DNA of 63,825 bases, counting the filler, from Choristocarpus tenellus KU-1152 (Eukaryota > Protista > Phaeophyceae): NCBI GenBank assembly GCA_964200185.2. It is 8 parts of 8 records of this genome, joined end to end, with 100 filler letters (N's around TTAATTAATTAA, not from the genome) between each part and the next. Parts side by side here need not be neighbours in the genome. Positions count along the whole stretch, not along the records: positions 1 to 3,951 come from CAXNAD020016971.1; positions 4,052 to 13,788 come from CAXNAD020003444.1; 6 more parts are not named here. One strand, 5' to 3'. The notes under the pieces were generated by a model that saw nothing but the letters and a program-made list of their open reading frames with translations, had not been told where the DNA came from and made no database searches. The position numbers and the translations under genes were made by a program. Each line of letters starts with the position of its first letter. Within the stretch, counting starts at the first letter, position 1. Positions 1 to 13,245 of this stretch are shown one piece after another.

Positions 1-730
1 CCCCCCTCCCAGATACTTTGGGTCACACACAAAGTGATACTACAATTCAGCAAAAGCTCTTTCTGATATTCCACAAAACGGCGCCTTTTTTCCCTTATCA
101 GTATCCCTTAAATATAACCCTTGCCTACCTCTCAGTTGGTTTGGCTCATTATTTCAATGCTGCTACTTTCTTAAAGATCCATATTATGTACTCTGGAGTA
201 CTTGTTGGTTGAATGTTAGGAAGGGAACGGTACAATTAATCAGAGATGACAAAGGACCTGCACAAGGTCGTCCCAACCGAGTCTACCAACATCCCTCGAG
301 AACAATATTTACGAGGTGTGTAGGCTCATAAATGCATAAGTGCTATCCAGTGAGTCAGCAGCTGAAACAGAGAAGATCTGGTCCGGGTTTGGTAGTTCAC
401 ATACAATCGGTTGCATAAAATACTGTTCTGACCAAATACAATTTGTGCATTAGAGGCGATACAATTACTATCTTTTTTCTCTTGCGAAATATAGTGAATT
501 CCTGATGATTAAATCTCACGACCTATCCGTTTGAAGTCCGTACTCCAAAGAAGACTGGAAAGGGAAGAGAGTGAGGCACACGACAACCAGGTACAGATTT
601 TCGAAATATGCAATTATTGTTTCTCCTTAGAATTTGAACGTATTTCTTGGGTGAAAAGGGTTCCCCATCGACATATGAGACCTTCCCCTTACTTTCATAC
701 TTTGCATGGGTGTGTGTGAGGGAGACTCAC

Positions 731-1273
731 CCCCAAACGCCTTGTCCAAAGCTGGTATCCCCATATCCTCCCACACTGTTTTCTGCTGTGAGTCTCCTCC
801 ATATATAAGATCAAATCCAAATCTGACATTGAGAAATGGTATCGATCAGCTTGTATTCCTTATTATTACCAAACACCAGAAGTGGATGAAGTCGTGAACC
901 TGCACAGTCCTTTCCAGAGAGGTCTAAGAGGCAGAATATTTACCTGTCCCACTATAGCTCTATTTGTGAAGCACACAGTGCATGTTTCAGACAAGTCTTC
1001 ACAGGCTGTCATCTTTTCTCACCTGTGAATCTCGGTAATGTTGTCTGGATTTTGAAGACAAGCATACCCGTTCTCAATCTTAAACACGTTATTTTCCCCC
1101 TTAGCTTTCTCTTGCGAAGACATCGGCCTACATCGCACAGCCACCTTGATATTCGTCACGGGCGCCCCCTCGACCCCTCGACCCCCATATCCATCCTGTC
1201 CTTCGACATCATTCGAACCGGCAACCCCACCCACTTGGATTGAGGTTGTCGACTCTAGCCGTGGTCGCCCCAT
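731..1273 (-). CDS. Kinesin motor protein, 5' exons only (kinesin-3-like N-terminal motor); remainder not found in window
   Basis: Exon 1 1273-1023 encodes ...NIKVAVRCRPMS...EIHR with donor AG|gtgag. Exon 2 822-731 (cag|A...G|gtgagt) continues in phase: RFGFDLIYGGDSQQKTVWEDMGIPALDKAFG(G). This matches the kinesin motor start up to just before GYN/P-loop. Confidence 0.9.
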
Positions 1274-2209
1274 TCTTTGAGACTACTCTTGAATTCTTTG
1301 CAGGAGGTTGTTCCTTGCCGACTGTCCCTCCTTCACACAATAAATTGTTTAATAGCAGGCATTCGTGTCGGCAGTACGCCTAACTCCACCTTGTCCTTCA
1401 GAATCGATTATTCAGGTGACTCTACCCACATTATTTGAGATTGCTCCATGTAGCCATGGTAGGGTTATGCTTCGAGATAGTACACGAATAATTTGTTTTG
1501 AATCCGTACCCTCTTGACATCGGTTTCGGAAAACAAAAAATAAAACTTTTTTTCTTGTGGAGGAGAGGTTTCAATCTTCTTGAGGAACACCTATTCCAAG
1601 ATCACGTACAAATAAGGGTCTGAGGGACTTAAACTGTAGATCATCAGCACTACATGTGAACATTCACCAGCACACTCGAACTGAAAGGGGGTGCTTTTGG
1701 TGAGTTCATCACCAACATGAAAATACATCAAGTCCGACGTGTTGTGTGTATGTTGGTTTAAGTGTCGGCATGCGTTTTGGCCCATTGGATTGATGTTTGG
1801 GTTACATTTGCGAAGTAGGTCGAATTCGGGATTCCCAGCTCTCCTTCCATTAGTTGTGTGTAAATGATTTCGGTCCCATAAGGTTTCTGAACCAAACACT
1901 GTCGACATTGGTCAGATTCATCATTACCGGTATGTTTTCGGTATACAATATACTAGAAAGGTTACAAACAGGTTGCCACACATTCGTAGTAATATTCTTT
2001 ACATACGATGTTAATGAAGGATCCTTCAGTAGAAAAATAATAATATAGGCACAGGGTGAGAGCCGACCTACAACGGCACTTTCTATCTCGTTTACCACCA
2101 TCCATCTTGTTTTCGCCGTGTAAGGGTTCCATATAATTTCTTGTCCTGACTTTTATCCTGTTCAGGTCCTCACTATGTTACAAATAGCAGTCTAAGAGTA
2201 TATTTTCAC

Positions 2210-2750
2210 AGGTGGAAGGAACCTATGGTTGGCATAATGAGTCTGGTGGAACTTCCATGCCATACGACCATAGCAAAATTTCTAGTACTCCGACCTTCAG
2301 CATTCCGATCTTGAGATCAAGTGATATACCAGATGTTCTGTTGTATAGCACATACCTGTACTTCCGCAAGTCTCTCGAGACTTTTTGGACTAGTCTACCG
2401 ATCTCAGCAGTAACACCAGCATCGTCACTGATGCTCAAGGTAAACGAACTTGTTAGTCTGCTTGTAGGTCTGATCTAAGGCATAGATCTGCATTGTGGGT
2501 CAAAGGCATACATCTCTGTATTTAGCTCAGAAACAGTCGATCCAAACACCATCCTCAACTTCACGATCATAGCCATCAACCTGGTGAGGCTCCCTTGACT
2601 CTTGGAGGCACTGCCTGCATCACCTGCGTAGAGCATACCATAGACAGTGCTCAAGTAGCACCCCATTTCCTCATTTCCTGCGGTCCCTCCTTCTGTAACC
2701 TTGAGTTTCCTCGCATCTCCCATGATGACGATTGAGTTGCTTGAGGTGAC
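2210..2750 (-). mobile_element. Degenerate non-LTR retrotransposon (RTE-like LINE) reverse transcriptase relic
   Basis: Frameshifted pieces MLYAGDAGSASKSQGSLTRLMAMIVKLRMVFGSTVSELNTEM (YADD box decayed to YAGD) and LDLKIGMLKVGVLEILLWS resemble the RT C-terminal region of RTE LINEs. A possible endonuclease remnant lies at ~3400-3650 (weak). Confidence 0.75.
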
Positions 2751-3951
2751 AGGGTCAGAGTTGAACTCCCTCACTGCTAAACTTAGAAATGCGGTGAAGA
2801 AAAGTTGAAGGGGATGGGTGCAAGTATATACCCCTGACGAAGTCTTTGGTTGACTGGAAACCAGAACGCCCATTCCCCATCATGCAAGCCGACTCATACC
2901 CCTTTCCATCATGAAACTGACTGGTGGGCATCAGATCAGGCATCACGCACTGATCGTACCATACTTTTTTAGGTACAGTTTTCATTCTTTTCCGTTTTGA
3001 AACGTTCCATCCCTTCACAGTTAATATGGTCAGCCTAGTCGAACCTGCCCATGGTCCGGCACGCAACCTGAGCCTGTCAAATATATGAAGGCCTGGTCCG
3101 GCACTGTAAAACATATCTTACCCGGGATCGGCCACGGGACGGCCCCATCGATTTTTTTTTCAAGCCCTGGCCCAACCTGTTGAATGCTACCTGGACCGGC
3201 CTTGTCAGAAATATTTGTTGTGTCTTTCGCAAAAGCAATAAATATGTTTTGCGCATATCACATTCCCTAGGTGTGTATTAGAAGTAGCATTTTACCCAGA
3301 TCAGTCCATGGACTGACCCCATTGAAATGCCTAAGGTGCCGGACCCAGCCTGTAACAACAGAAGACATTTACTGGGTCACCCCGTGTAGCATTGTCACAA
3401 TTACTTCATCCAGGGTGATATCCTGCTGACCATATTCTTCTCCTTTGATCACAGTGGTGACTGTGCACCACAGCTATCAAGGGTCTGCCATAACTGAAGT
3501 GGTTTGGTTGATTCTGCAGCATGCGTTTGACACCACTGACATCAGCCCTGATAGGCGCCACACCCCGCCTTTGACATCACCAGTGTAAGGACAAAACAAG
3601 GGACACCCCAGCCTGCCAACTTCATGCATTTGTCTCTCCTTCGTTTCGGATTGACTTTGCCTTTGGCGCGATTACCATTGCCTGTCATATCTCTCACTGC
3701 CCCAACAACGTGTGGATCTTTTCACTACCCTTCTTCCGAAACGTGCGTCTGCTTGGTTGCACTTCCGATCATTGAACTTCAACATACCTCATCCCCCCTT
3801 GTTCCACATACGATACGAAGTACTTTGTAACAAAAGCTAGGACTGAAGGAGGCCATACGGCTGAAATTACTGTCGTAACTGCCATAGGAGAGGATCAAAG
3901 TATCTGGGGGGGGGGTGTCCGCGTCCGTTTTTCACCCTTTTTTCGATTTTC

Positions 3952-4051
3952 NNNNNNNNNNNNNNNNNNNNNNNNNNNNNNNNNNNNNNNNNNNNTTAAT
4001 TAATTAANNNNNNNNNNNNNNNNNNNNNNNNNNNNNNNNNNNNNNNNNNNN
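3952..4051. other. Artificial contig spacer N44-TTAATTAATTAA-N44
   Basis: Identical 100-bp six-frame-stop linker repeated seven times in the window. Confidence 0.97.
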
Positions 4052-4962
4052 GTTCCATTACTCCATACATATTTTACCGTAACTTTCCGATAGAGTTGGA
4101 AGAGTCTAATCGAACAGCCTGCACTTCACAATACCTCATTTGACCTGGAATGGACTGTCTGGTCCAGAGCCCTGGGCCCCCATGAGTGAGCCTTAGCCAG
4201 CACTTGACAACATCGCATAAACGGAAAATAGTGGAAAGACAAGAACGCCCATGTTCTCATAGTGAAGATGGCCTCTTCTGGCATCAAAATCATCCTAAAC
4301 AGAGTTGTTCACGTGCGCTGCGTGGCATCCGCGCGCGGATTACTTGATTTAAGTATGGTCCTATATTTCTCGCGATTATGGTAAGTTGGCCGACCGAGAC
4401 CCATCAAAAAAGGTTAAGCATGCTGATGCTAATACAACAAACTAATTTTCATGAAAAAATTCGCTGTTGATCAAAGGTTATGGCATGACAAAGTTGATGC
4501 AGGAGGCGACTGCCAACACTATACAAGCATCTGCATGTATTAAAAAAAATCTTTGAAAAAGCCAGGAAAGCATACAACTGGAGCCATCGTTAGGAGTTGC
4601 TTGTAGTTGTCAAATGCACTATGATGTAGTTGATTACAAATCTGCAAAATGTCAGAGGGCATAATAATATATAATACGTAATGTAGTTGATTCCATTCAG
4701 ACGAAAAAACTCCTTTAATATTTTCTTGGGTTCTTTTGGGAGGAATGATAATCTTAGGTACTTTCTTTTGTGTATGGCGAATCAATTCCACGAACGGTTG
4801 TGTAGCAGTTGTTAAATGAAATGTATTTTGTGAAAAAAATCATAGAACCAAAGAAGGATTATAACCCTTTCACCGCTTAGGGATGCATTCTGAAATAGGT
4901 TAAATGCAGCCTTGTAAAGTACCAATTCCTTTTTATGTTACGTCTAGTCCCAAAACATTGAT

Positions 4963-5289
4963 GAGTGAAACTATCTTAGAGGGTACGAATTTTTCCCTGT
5001 TTGTCCATTTGTGGGGCTTGACTTCCCATGGGTTTTTATTATGATATTTTCCGACTCCAAAATGTTTCGAAGTAGGTAAAATGTATACGTTATGAAAGGT
5101 GTGTCTGAAACATAGATATTGACACTTCCTAACAAACACAATAGCCAAAATTACATCGAAATCACAACATTGGATTTTGACCCCCAAATGGACGCTGCTC
5201 TACCCTCCAAGATACTTTGGCTCCGTGGGAAGCCAAGCCCTAAACGGACAAACAGGGCAAAACTCCTACCCTCTAAGATACTTTCGCTC
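4963..5289 (+). mobile_element. MITE family A copy with an extra inverted terminal segment
   Basis: GAGTGAAACTATCTTAGAGGGTA...TACCCTCCAAGATACTTTGGCTC (to ~5223), followed by a ~65-bp reverse-complement copy of the left end finishing TACCCTCTAAGATACTTTCGCTC. Confidence 0.85.
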
Positions 5290-7496
5290 TGGATCGAGAA
5301 GGAAGGTGCCTTTCGAGGGAGGAAATTGCCCTTACATACGAAATGTTCACTCACATTACATTAAAATCACTTCAGGGCTACACAGGTCCTAAATAGACGC
5401 TTGATCCCCCCTCTAAGATATAGTTAGTCTTACTTTAAGGGGTTGAGTTTGTTCATTCTGAATTCTGTATCCCCACCCCGATTCATATAACTGATTTGGC
5501 ATCATACTATTATGAAATTGTGGGGGGAGTGTATCGTACACCAATCCAAGTTCTATATTTTCTTGTGACATTCATTGTTCATCCTTGTCATCTTGTGCAT
5601 GTAGACAGTTCTCACCTCATTGCATTATGGATAAATAGTACGTGATAGAAATGTTCCGTATCGCTGTATCAGGAACACTACTGCTGAGGCTTCTCTGGGG
5701 TTAGGAGTGCGTTTAGCTGATAGCTGATTGCTTCATGACATTTGGAATACATGCTTTAATTCATGCTTTAATTTGGTGATGTACTCTGGTGTACAAATGT
5801 ATCAAATACTTCAAAGTACTACTAGTAGTAGTTCGTCATTTATGAACTGGTTGTTGACAGAACAATTTTGAGGTGTATCATTCACTTATTTCCACCTTAC
5901 CAGGCGTATCATTCACTTGCTGTGCACTGCAATGTTCCTGGTTGAGGTATGCTATATCGTCATCTGCTATGTTGCCTATTATTTTATCATCCCAATTCAT
6001 TGTGGTATGCACATACAGACAACTCCTGTATGCTACGACAAAGATGCCAATAGGACTTTGCTCCTGCTTCCAAAATGTCCTGTACTAGGGTGATTTTTGT
6101 GTTCACTGATGCAAGATTACCTTGTATTGGAGTTTTCTCTCAACTTTGCCATTCTATACCTATCGTTGTGGGAGAGAGTCCTATACGTAGATATTATGCC
6201 ATGGTGGAATTGCTCCGAAATTTGCAATGTTGTCTATGGTGTCTGCATACCTGATGCTGTACCAGAGTGCAATAGTCCCCCCGAAATTGTCTAAACCTAG
6301 AAATAAGAGCAAACCCCAGGGGATTGACATTATGGAGAGCTTTGGGCGGAGATCTGATTCAAGGATGTGCATGTTGTGGGAAAAGAATGTTTCGGGTGAA
6401 TCTATATTTTGTGGACTGTTGGTTGGTAGTGTCATGCTCTTGTTTGCCTGTGAGTCATGGGATACTCTTTTAAGACACCGAAAACAATGTGTAAGATGTT
6501 GTATGTAGTAATAATATACTACCAGTAGTGCAAGAATAGTGCGCAGTATTGGTCGTGTTACTACTACCTTCACCAACCTCAAGCAAAAGGGTACGATATG
6601 TCTGCAGTGCTTTAATAGAGACCTAGTATGGCCTCCAGCAGATCTTGGTTACAACGAGGGAGCAGTTCCATGGTCTCTTTTCATCTTTGGTGTTGTTGTC
6701 GTTTTGGATGCACTCATGGTAGCACAAAGCTATGATAGTCGATTGTATGTTCTGTACTGGTCTGCAAAGTGGAATGTTTGAACTGCACCGTTAGGCTACC
6801 TAAAAGAAAATGTACTACCATGGCCATCCCCTTCTATCGTAGTTTCTGACCTAACACGATCTTTTGCTGATAGTTGCAGCCCTGTTTTTTTCATGTTGTC
6901 AGTTTCAACTTCTGACTTCAGTTGAATTAGAATGAACAAGAACCTGTCTAGTCTGAGGAACTTCAACATGCCAAGTGATGTCTGATATCTATTGTTTCTT
7001 AGCATATTGCTTGAAGAGAAATGATTCTTGGGAGTTGTGGAACCTTGTCAATTGGGAAGAGGTTGGCAGTAACTTCTACCAGTATTATATTTTGAGTTTA
7101 TGTGCAATATTGAGGTGACTCTAACAATCTAAGTCTACTTGTTCTCATTCAAGGACATGTCATTGCAGAACTCTTACCTGACAAGATGAAATCATGTAGT
7201 CTTTTACATGCAGTGGGGTGCAGAATTTTCGTATTCTGTTGTGCCCAAGCATGTCAAATCGGAACCTGATTCTCCCCCATCTTGATACTGTCGATCGCCA
7301 ATGAGACTCTGACTGTAATATTTTTGTACTTGGCGAGTGAGAGGACAGGAAGGATCCAATAAAATTAATTCATAGCCAGTAATCAATCTGAGTACAGCAA
7401 GCGGCCAAGAAGTTTTGTGTTTTTAAACTCTACTGGAAAATGCATGGTGCATGTAAGTTCTAATGAATGAATACTTACACCTGTCTTACTCAATAG

Positions 7497-7724
7497 ATCT
7501 GCGGACCTGACTTGTACCCACCTGATACAACCGGTTCTGCTGCATGTTTTCAGCTGAACCGATCTGAGGTTTTTAGTATCGTCACCGACGGTGTGTTGGG
7601 ATATAATGAATCGTACTTCTTGACTGGATACGCCAAGGCAAGGGAGTCTTTTTATACTGCCGGAGATTTGGATGTATTTGTCTTCTTGCTGGACAGAAAT
7701 GGGAACAAAGTGTGGGAAGGTCAG
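7497..7724 (+). CDS. Orphan internal exon, beta-propeller-repeat-like
   Basis: caatag|ATC...CAG|gtaagt, 228 nt, phase 0, open: ICGPDLYPPDTTGSAACFQLNRSEVFSIVTDGVLGYNESYFLTGYAKARESFYTAGDLDVFVFLLDRNGNKVWEGQ. The YFLTGY...DVFV..LD.NG..VW..Q pattern resembles SBBP-type propeller blades. Flanking exons not identified. Confidence 0.6.
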
Positions 7725-8741
7725 GTAAGTGTAATACTGATGCAGGGTCGATGATGTTTTGCAATAGACTAGTAGTGTCTTGATGTTTTGTATTGACCTG
7801 TGCTCCATAGTGTGATGATCATTCACAGTAAAGAGAGATGCCGCCAGTAGAACACACCCTCTTGACAAAATTTAGATGCATACTGTTCCATTTGTATAAT
7901 TTTGTATTGTTGCTCCTCAATCTTGATATTATTACTATTAATTTCGTCATGGCTCCTACGAGTTGGGGTTAGGGCTGGAACACAACTATCGGCATCTTTG
8001 TCTAGAGATTAGACTAGTGTCCATGACACTTTGAGGAATAGATGCTCACATACCATGTCTGTTTTCTATCACCTTAATTTATGAAGTGGGTTGATAAATA
8101 CATTTCAGATATCTTATGCTATAGGTACCATCTAAGGAGGTCAATAGTATCACAGAATGGGAGGATGGGAGCTATTATTTCACCTTCAATCACAGCTCAG
8201 GGACTTGTCGATAAACACCTGTTCTTTTTTGTATACTGTGTACTCCTAATTTAGTAGTATGATTATATGCCAGTGCTGGTTGAGTAGCAAGCAGGGGTTG
8301 ATCAGAAAAAAATAGATGAACACTCTGGAGAGAGATGTTCACCATGGCCAAAGTGAAGATATATTGGCATGAGACCTTCCATGTTTGTGTGGACCTAAGA
8401 AGAGCTCTACCTGATTAAATCTCCACAAATCTCCACTTAGAAAGTTAGGCAAGCATAGGGGCAAGGTACAAGGTGAGGCAGAGCTCGTGGGGAATATACT
8501 TGTCGATGCAAGTGGCACCTTGAGCCAAAAAATGATGAAATATACATTCATAATTCAGAATTGAACGACAATAATCAATATGGGGCATGAGAGGTTGCAG
8601 ATGTGGGCTCTGGAAGAATTTGTGGATGTTCAGGGTAGACAAGCATGTCCCAGTTTAAGGGAAATGTTTATAAGTGGTTGGTATCATACCCCTTGGATGT
8701 GTTCTAAGCATGTTGGGAACGGGGTGGAACAAGGGATTTGA

Positions 8742-8916
8742 GACCCAAAGTATCTGGGGGGGGGGATCTACACTAGGGTATCCATTTAGGCCAAAATCAG
8801 GAAAAGTGCACTTTCATTATCCATCAGATGTATGCAACCGAATCACCCAATAATTGCGACATGAAAAAATTGACTCCAAATGGACAGCCGCCAACCCCCC
8901 CCAGATACTTTGAACC
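8742..8916 (+). mobile_element. MITE family B (poly-G/C TIR) complete copy
   Basis: GACCCAAAGTATCTGGGGGGG...CCCCCCCAGATACTTTGAACC inverted ends, flanked by TGA on both sides. The interior matches the antiparallel copy at 41289-41494. Confidence 0.8.
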
Positions 8917-9833
8917 TGATCAGAAACAGCCTTGAGTGACATGAGTGCAAATGAAGAAGTCCTGGCTCCTAGCGAAAATTTCGGTTGGTGAAGATTGATA
9001 TTTGCTAATTCTGATTTTAATGCCAATAAATAGGGATTCAAGTGGATTGAGGTAATCTAATTGCTATAATTCACAATATTCCACAGCATACTCATGGATT
9101 TCTTCTAACCTTTTCAGACTAAACCACTTCATGCTCCCACTATGGAGCTCTCTCTTAAGGTTTCATGTTGTTTTGGTCTTGAAAGGGGTCATCTTTGAAA
9201 CGAATATTATTACTAGAATTAGTTGGACCACATGGATTGGGGATTTCCTTTTCTATGGGTTCAAAAAAAATCAGAAGTACAAAGCTCTTCTACTTCCATG
9301 ATCTTGCCTCAACCATTGGGTAACACACGTGAGTCAGACGATGCCAAATAGGTTGCTTATCCCTCCCTTGGTAATGGGAGCAAAATGTATGAGGCGAGGG
9401 GGTATGGGAAATCGAAATATAAGAACCTAATGTCAGCTCTCACATCTCGGTGAAATTGTAGAATTCGGAAAATTGGAATTGTGTTGGGAAAATCTTGGGT
9501 GCCAAAGGATATCCTAATTTGGAGTATCGAACTCCAAACTCCAAATCACTTCCTGGTCACTACTCAAGGAGCCGTAGGTGCAACATGGCTTCACTATTGT
9601 GCAAGCAATGGTGGCTAGTAAATTGGATCACTTGCCCTGAGCGACTCTTTGATGTTCCTTGGACGTCGGTGTCTTAGGTTTGCTTGTTGTGCATTGACAA
9701 ATTCGTTCTATCTGGTGAACTGTTCATCTCAAATCAAAGGGATCCATATCCATACCCTAGTACCCTGCAAGTACCTAGGAGCCTAGGGCAAATATTTTGG
9801 TTGCAGGTTATACTTGACCATGTCCACTTATCA

Positions 9834-10091
9834 GAGTGAAAGTATCTTAGAGGGTACGAGTTTTTCCCTGTTCGTCGATTTGGGGTTTGGGTTCCACGGG
9901 TTTTGAATGACATTTTACCTACTCCAAAATGTTTCGGAGTATATAAAATGTATGCGTTATGAAAAGGTGTGTCCAGAACAAGGATATTGACATCTCCTAA
10001 CAAATACGATAGCCAAAATTGCATCAAAATTGCAACATTGGATTTTGGCCTCCATATGGACACGGCTCTACCCTCTAAGATACTTTGACTC
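9834..10091 (+). mobile_element. MITE family A copy
   Basis: TIRs GAGTGAAAGTATCTTAGAGGGTA / TACCCTCTAAGATACTTTGACTC; TSD ATCA on both sides. Confidence 0.92.
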
Positions 10092-10736
10092 ATCATCCCT
10101 GCCACCTGAAAGATATATTCTTTAGTGACCACTCTTGAATATAAGGTTTATGTAAACATAACTAAGATTTTGGTGTTTTCCCTCCCTTGACACATCTGCC
10201 AAATGTCAGAGAGCATACCAATATATATATTTAAAACACAAAGCTTGTGAATAAAACATTGATCTTTTTCGAATAGACCGTTATCTGCTGACACAGATTC
10301 CTCCTTTGACTATTGAATCTCAGGCATGATGCAGAAGTTCAAGATTTCTTACATATATTTTTCAATTTAGGATTTTTTGCTAAGGCGCACCCACGACAGT
10401 CCCTTCAATTGGAAGTAAACCGGGTTGAAATTGGAACTGATCATGTGAGACTCCCTCTTGTCCACCTGTAGGTGTCTAGAACAACCCTGTAGTACATATG
10501 TCTAGAAAAATTCCCAAAACCTTCATCATTATACTTTCGAAGTCTGAAAACGGTAAACATTCTATGGAGATCTGGAAACGTTCCAGGAATACACCGTATC
10601 ATACAAAATCATATTTTATTCCACCACATACAATAAACTACATAAAACCACCCAATTTGTCTGTAGGGTTAGGGTTAGGGTTATGTATGTGTCACTCTCA
10701 ATGGCGTGGTGTGTAGAAAAAGTAGTGTTGTGAATC

Positions 10737-11050
10737 CAGTTCAACTCAACCGGCTTCAGTTCGATTAATCAGAATATCGGAACAACTGAGCTGATAAAGT
10801 TTGACTGTAATATTAAGAAAATCGAAATACAGCAAGAATTGTACATGTAAGAGGTCAAAGAATCGTACCTTCATCACAAGGTGTCACTACCCACAACCCA
10901 TTCCACATTTCACTTCTTCATGGCTTCAGATCTGCCTGCTGAGATCTGTGGAGGCATTGGACTTTCTGCCTTGCATCTATGTGCTTCGCTTGGTGACCTA
11001 ATTCACATGTGTTGTCTCATTTTTTTTTTATTCATTATACCTAATTTCCG
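10737..11050 (+). repeat. Dispersed repeat, diverged copy at ~50747-51060
   Basis: Shared blocks CAGTTCAA...CTTCAGTT and TCACAAGGTGTCACTACCCACAAC...CACATTTCAC. Confidence 0.7.
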
Positions 11051-11747
11051 ATCGATTCCATTCATTCTAATAATCAAAATGTCTCTCTAGTCGATTTAAT
11101 TCGTAGTTGTACATTCTTCCGGTTAACAACACTAGGAAAAACGGAGTCCAAAAGAAAATTATTTCCAACAATTAGAAACTTTCAAGAAACAAACACCTTC
11201 TGTAAGCAATAGCCATAGCGTGGTCAAATAAGGAGTTGTAACACCATTCATTGTTGGAGGGACCTCCCATGAATATGCTTATCTAACTCTCCAAACACAG
11301 AACTGTTGAAAGCATGAGTAATGGCGTAGTTTATTTGGACAATGAAACCCTAACCCTAAGCCCTGCATAATCTTTCAACGGCTACGATCCTTCATTATCA
11401 TGCTGATATTCTAAAAGGTGCAGGAAATCATCCCAAGCGATTCCATTTATTGTTGGGTGCGCTGTGTGTGGCTTGAGCACAATGTTGACCGGTCCGAGGT
11501 CGTAGAGTCGTTGTCCCTAGAGCTCTACATTCGAAAATGTGTCACCAACTTGTATCTTATTGTCACATGTAGTTGTGTTTTAAGTTTGTAGGGTTAGGGT
11601 TATTTTTCTTTATAGAGCTCTGAAATGGGTGGGATGATGGCTAAGCCAAATGCTCGAGAAACAAAACTTGAAAGGAGGCAGTGCAGCTATGATAGTCCTA
11701 GAGCAACAATGTGTTACAGTCGAGGTAGAAGGAGAAGTGTTGCAATT

Positions 11748-11998
11748 GAGTGAAAGGGTACGATTTTTGCCCTGGTTGTCCATTTGGGGCTTCACTTCCC
11801 ACGGGGATTTTCTATGACATATTACCTACTCCAAAATATTTCACAGTAGGTAAAAATGTGTATGTTATGAAAAGGTGTGTTCGTAACAAGGATATTGACA
11901 CTTCCTAACAAACACAACAGCAAAAACTACATCGAAATCGCAACATTGGAATTTGGCCCCCAAGCGGACGTGGCTCTACCCTCTACGATACTTTGACT
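11748..11998 (+). mobile_element. MITE family A copy (left TIR partly deleted)
   Basis: GAGTGAAAGGGTA... same interior ...CCCTCTACGATACTTTGACT; AATT on both flanks. Confidence 0.88.
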
Positions 11999-12926
11999 AA
12001 TTTGTAGTACATCTGACTACGGATCAGAATAGTCTCCAGGTAAAAGTGACAGATTTAAAGTTAGTATGTAGTAGTGTTGACTGACTACTGTGTCCTTGAG
12101 TTACGCCTATTTTTGTGATTTGATACCTTGTCCCTTTATTTAAAAGATGGAGAGGCCTTTGGTCCAGACAAACACAATTCCCACTTGGTGTGGGGCAATA
12201 CTCCGGAGTATCCCCTGAAGTTATTGGAATGGATAATGTTGACACTTTTAAGAAGAGGATTCCATGTCTGGTATTCAAGTATGATTATGAAAATGAGACA
12301 ACTTGGGCATGTGGACCTAACATTACCCCAAAATGACGTCAGATTGATGTGAAACCGATGACTGGTGATGGTCTGAGGGGTTCAACAATTCAAGACTTCA
12401 TTCACTGTGGGTAGTTGCAATCATCCCCAACAATGACGACATGGTAATAGTTGATATGACTAAAGCACCTCTTGGATTGGCAAACAAATACACCTTTACT
12501 GTATAGAGCATTGTATTCATTAAGACAGTGACTATGAACCTGCATTTTGTGTTTGACCCGACTCGGCATTGCTCAGCACATGAAGTCGTTGCCTTGTTTT
12601 CGCGTTTTGGGCGTCTTTTTTTTGTAGAGTTTTAGGTAGGATTGTGTAGATGTACAATCTGTAGTGCTTGCCACGTGGGCTTTGGATCATGGTGTTGATG
12701 GCGTTCGAACCAGCAATACTATTGCAGGGAATGATGTTCAATAACCACTGAGTCCCACTAGGACGCCAAAACGAAGCCTAGTTATTTCATTTATTGTGTT
12801 TTCCATTTTTTCTGACAGAGGGACAGACAGGAAAGTACAAGTGTGCAATCCTTAGTGCTTGCCACGTGGACTTTGAATCATTGATTAACAGTTTTCCCTG
12901 AAAAGAAGTCTGCCATGAAGTGGGTT

Positions 12927-13189
12927 GAGCCATAGTATCTTAGAGGGTAGAGCTGCGTCAATTTGGGGGCCAAAATCCAATGATGCAATTTTGATGTAAT
13001 TCTGACTATCGTGTTTGTTAGCAAGCGTAAATATCCATGTTCCAGACACCTTTTCATAACATATGCACTTTACCTGGTCCTAAACACATTTGAGTACGAA
13101 AAATGTCATAAAAAACCCCAGAGAGAAGTCAAGTCCCAAATGGACAAACAGGGCAAAATTTGTACGCTAACCCTAAGATACTCTCACTC
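12927..13189 (-). mobile_element. MITE family A copy
   Basis: Reverse orientation; TSD GGTT on both sides; one TIR carries a 4-nt insertion creating CTAACCCTAA. Confidence 0.9.
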
Positions 13190-13221
13190 GGTTTGATCGA
13201 ATAAATGATCGAAAATAAATG

Positions 13222-13245
13222 TAACCCTAACCCTAACCCTAACCC
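13222..13245 (-). repeat. Interstitial telomere-type repeat (TAACCC)4
   Basis: taaccctaaccctaaccctaaccc. Confidence 0.85.

Noticed and set aside
3040-3350. GGCCC-rich segment as structured ncRNA
   Set aside because: Looks like a decayed interspersed repeat; no supportable structure.
4933-5392. Recurrent small ORFs with SILEGR / PSKILSL / YPLRYF peptides (also at 9734, 34898, 42549, 49944)
   Set aside because: These are translations of the non-coding MITE TIRs; frames are not conserved between copies.
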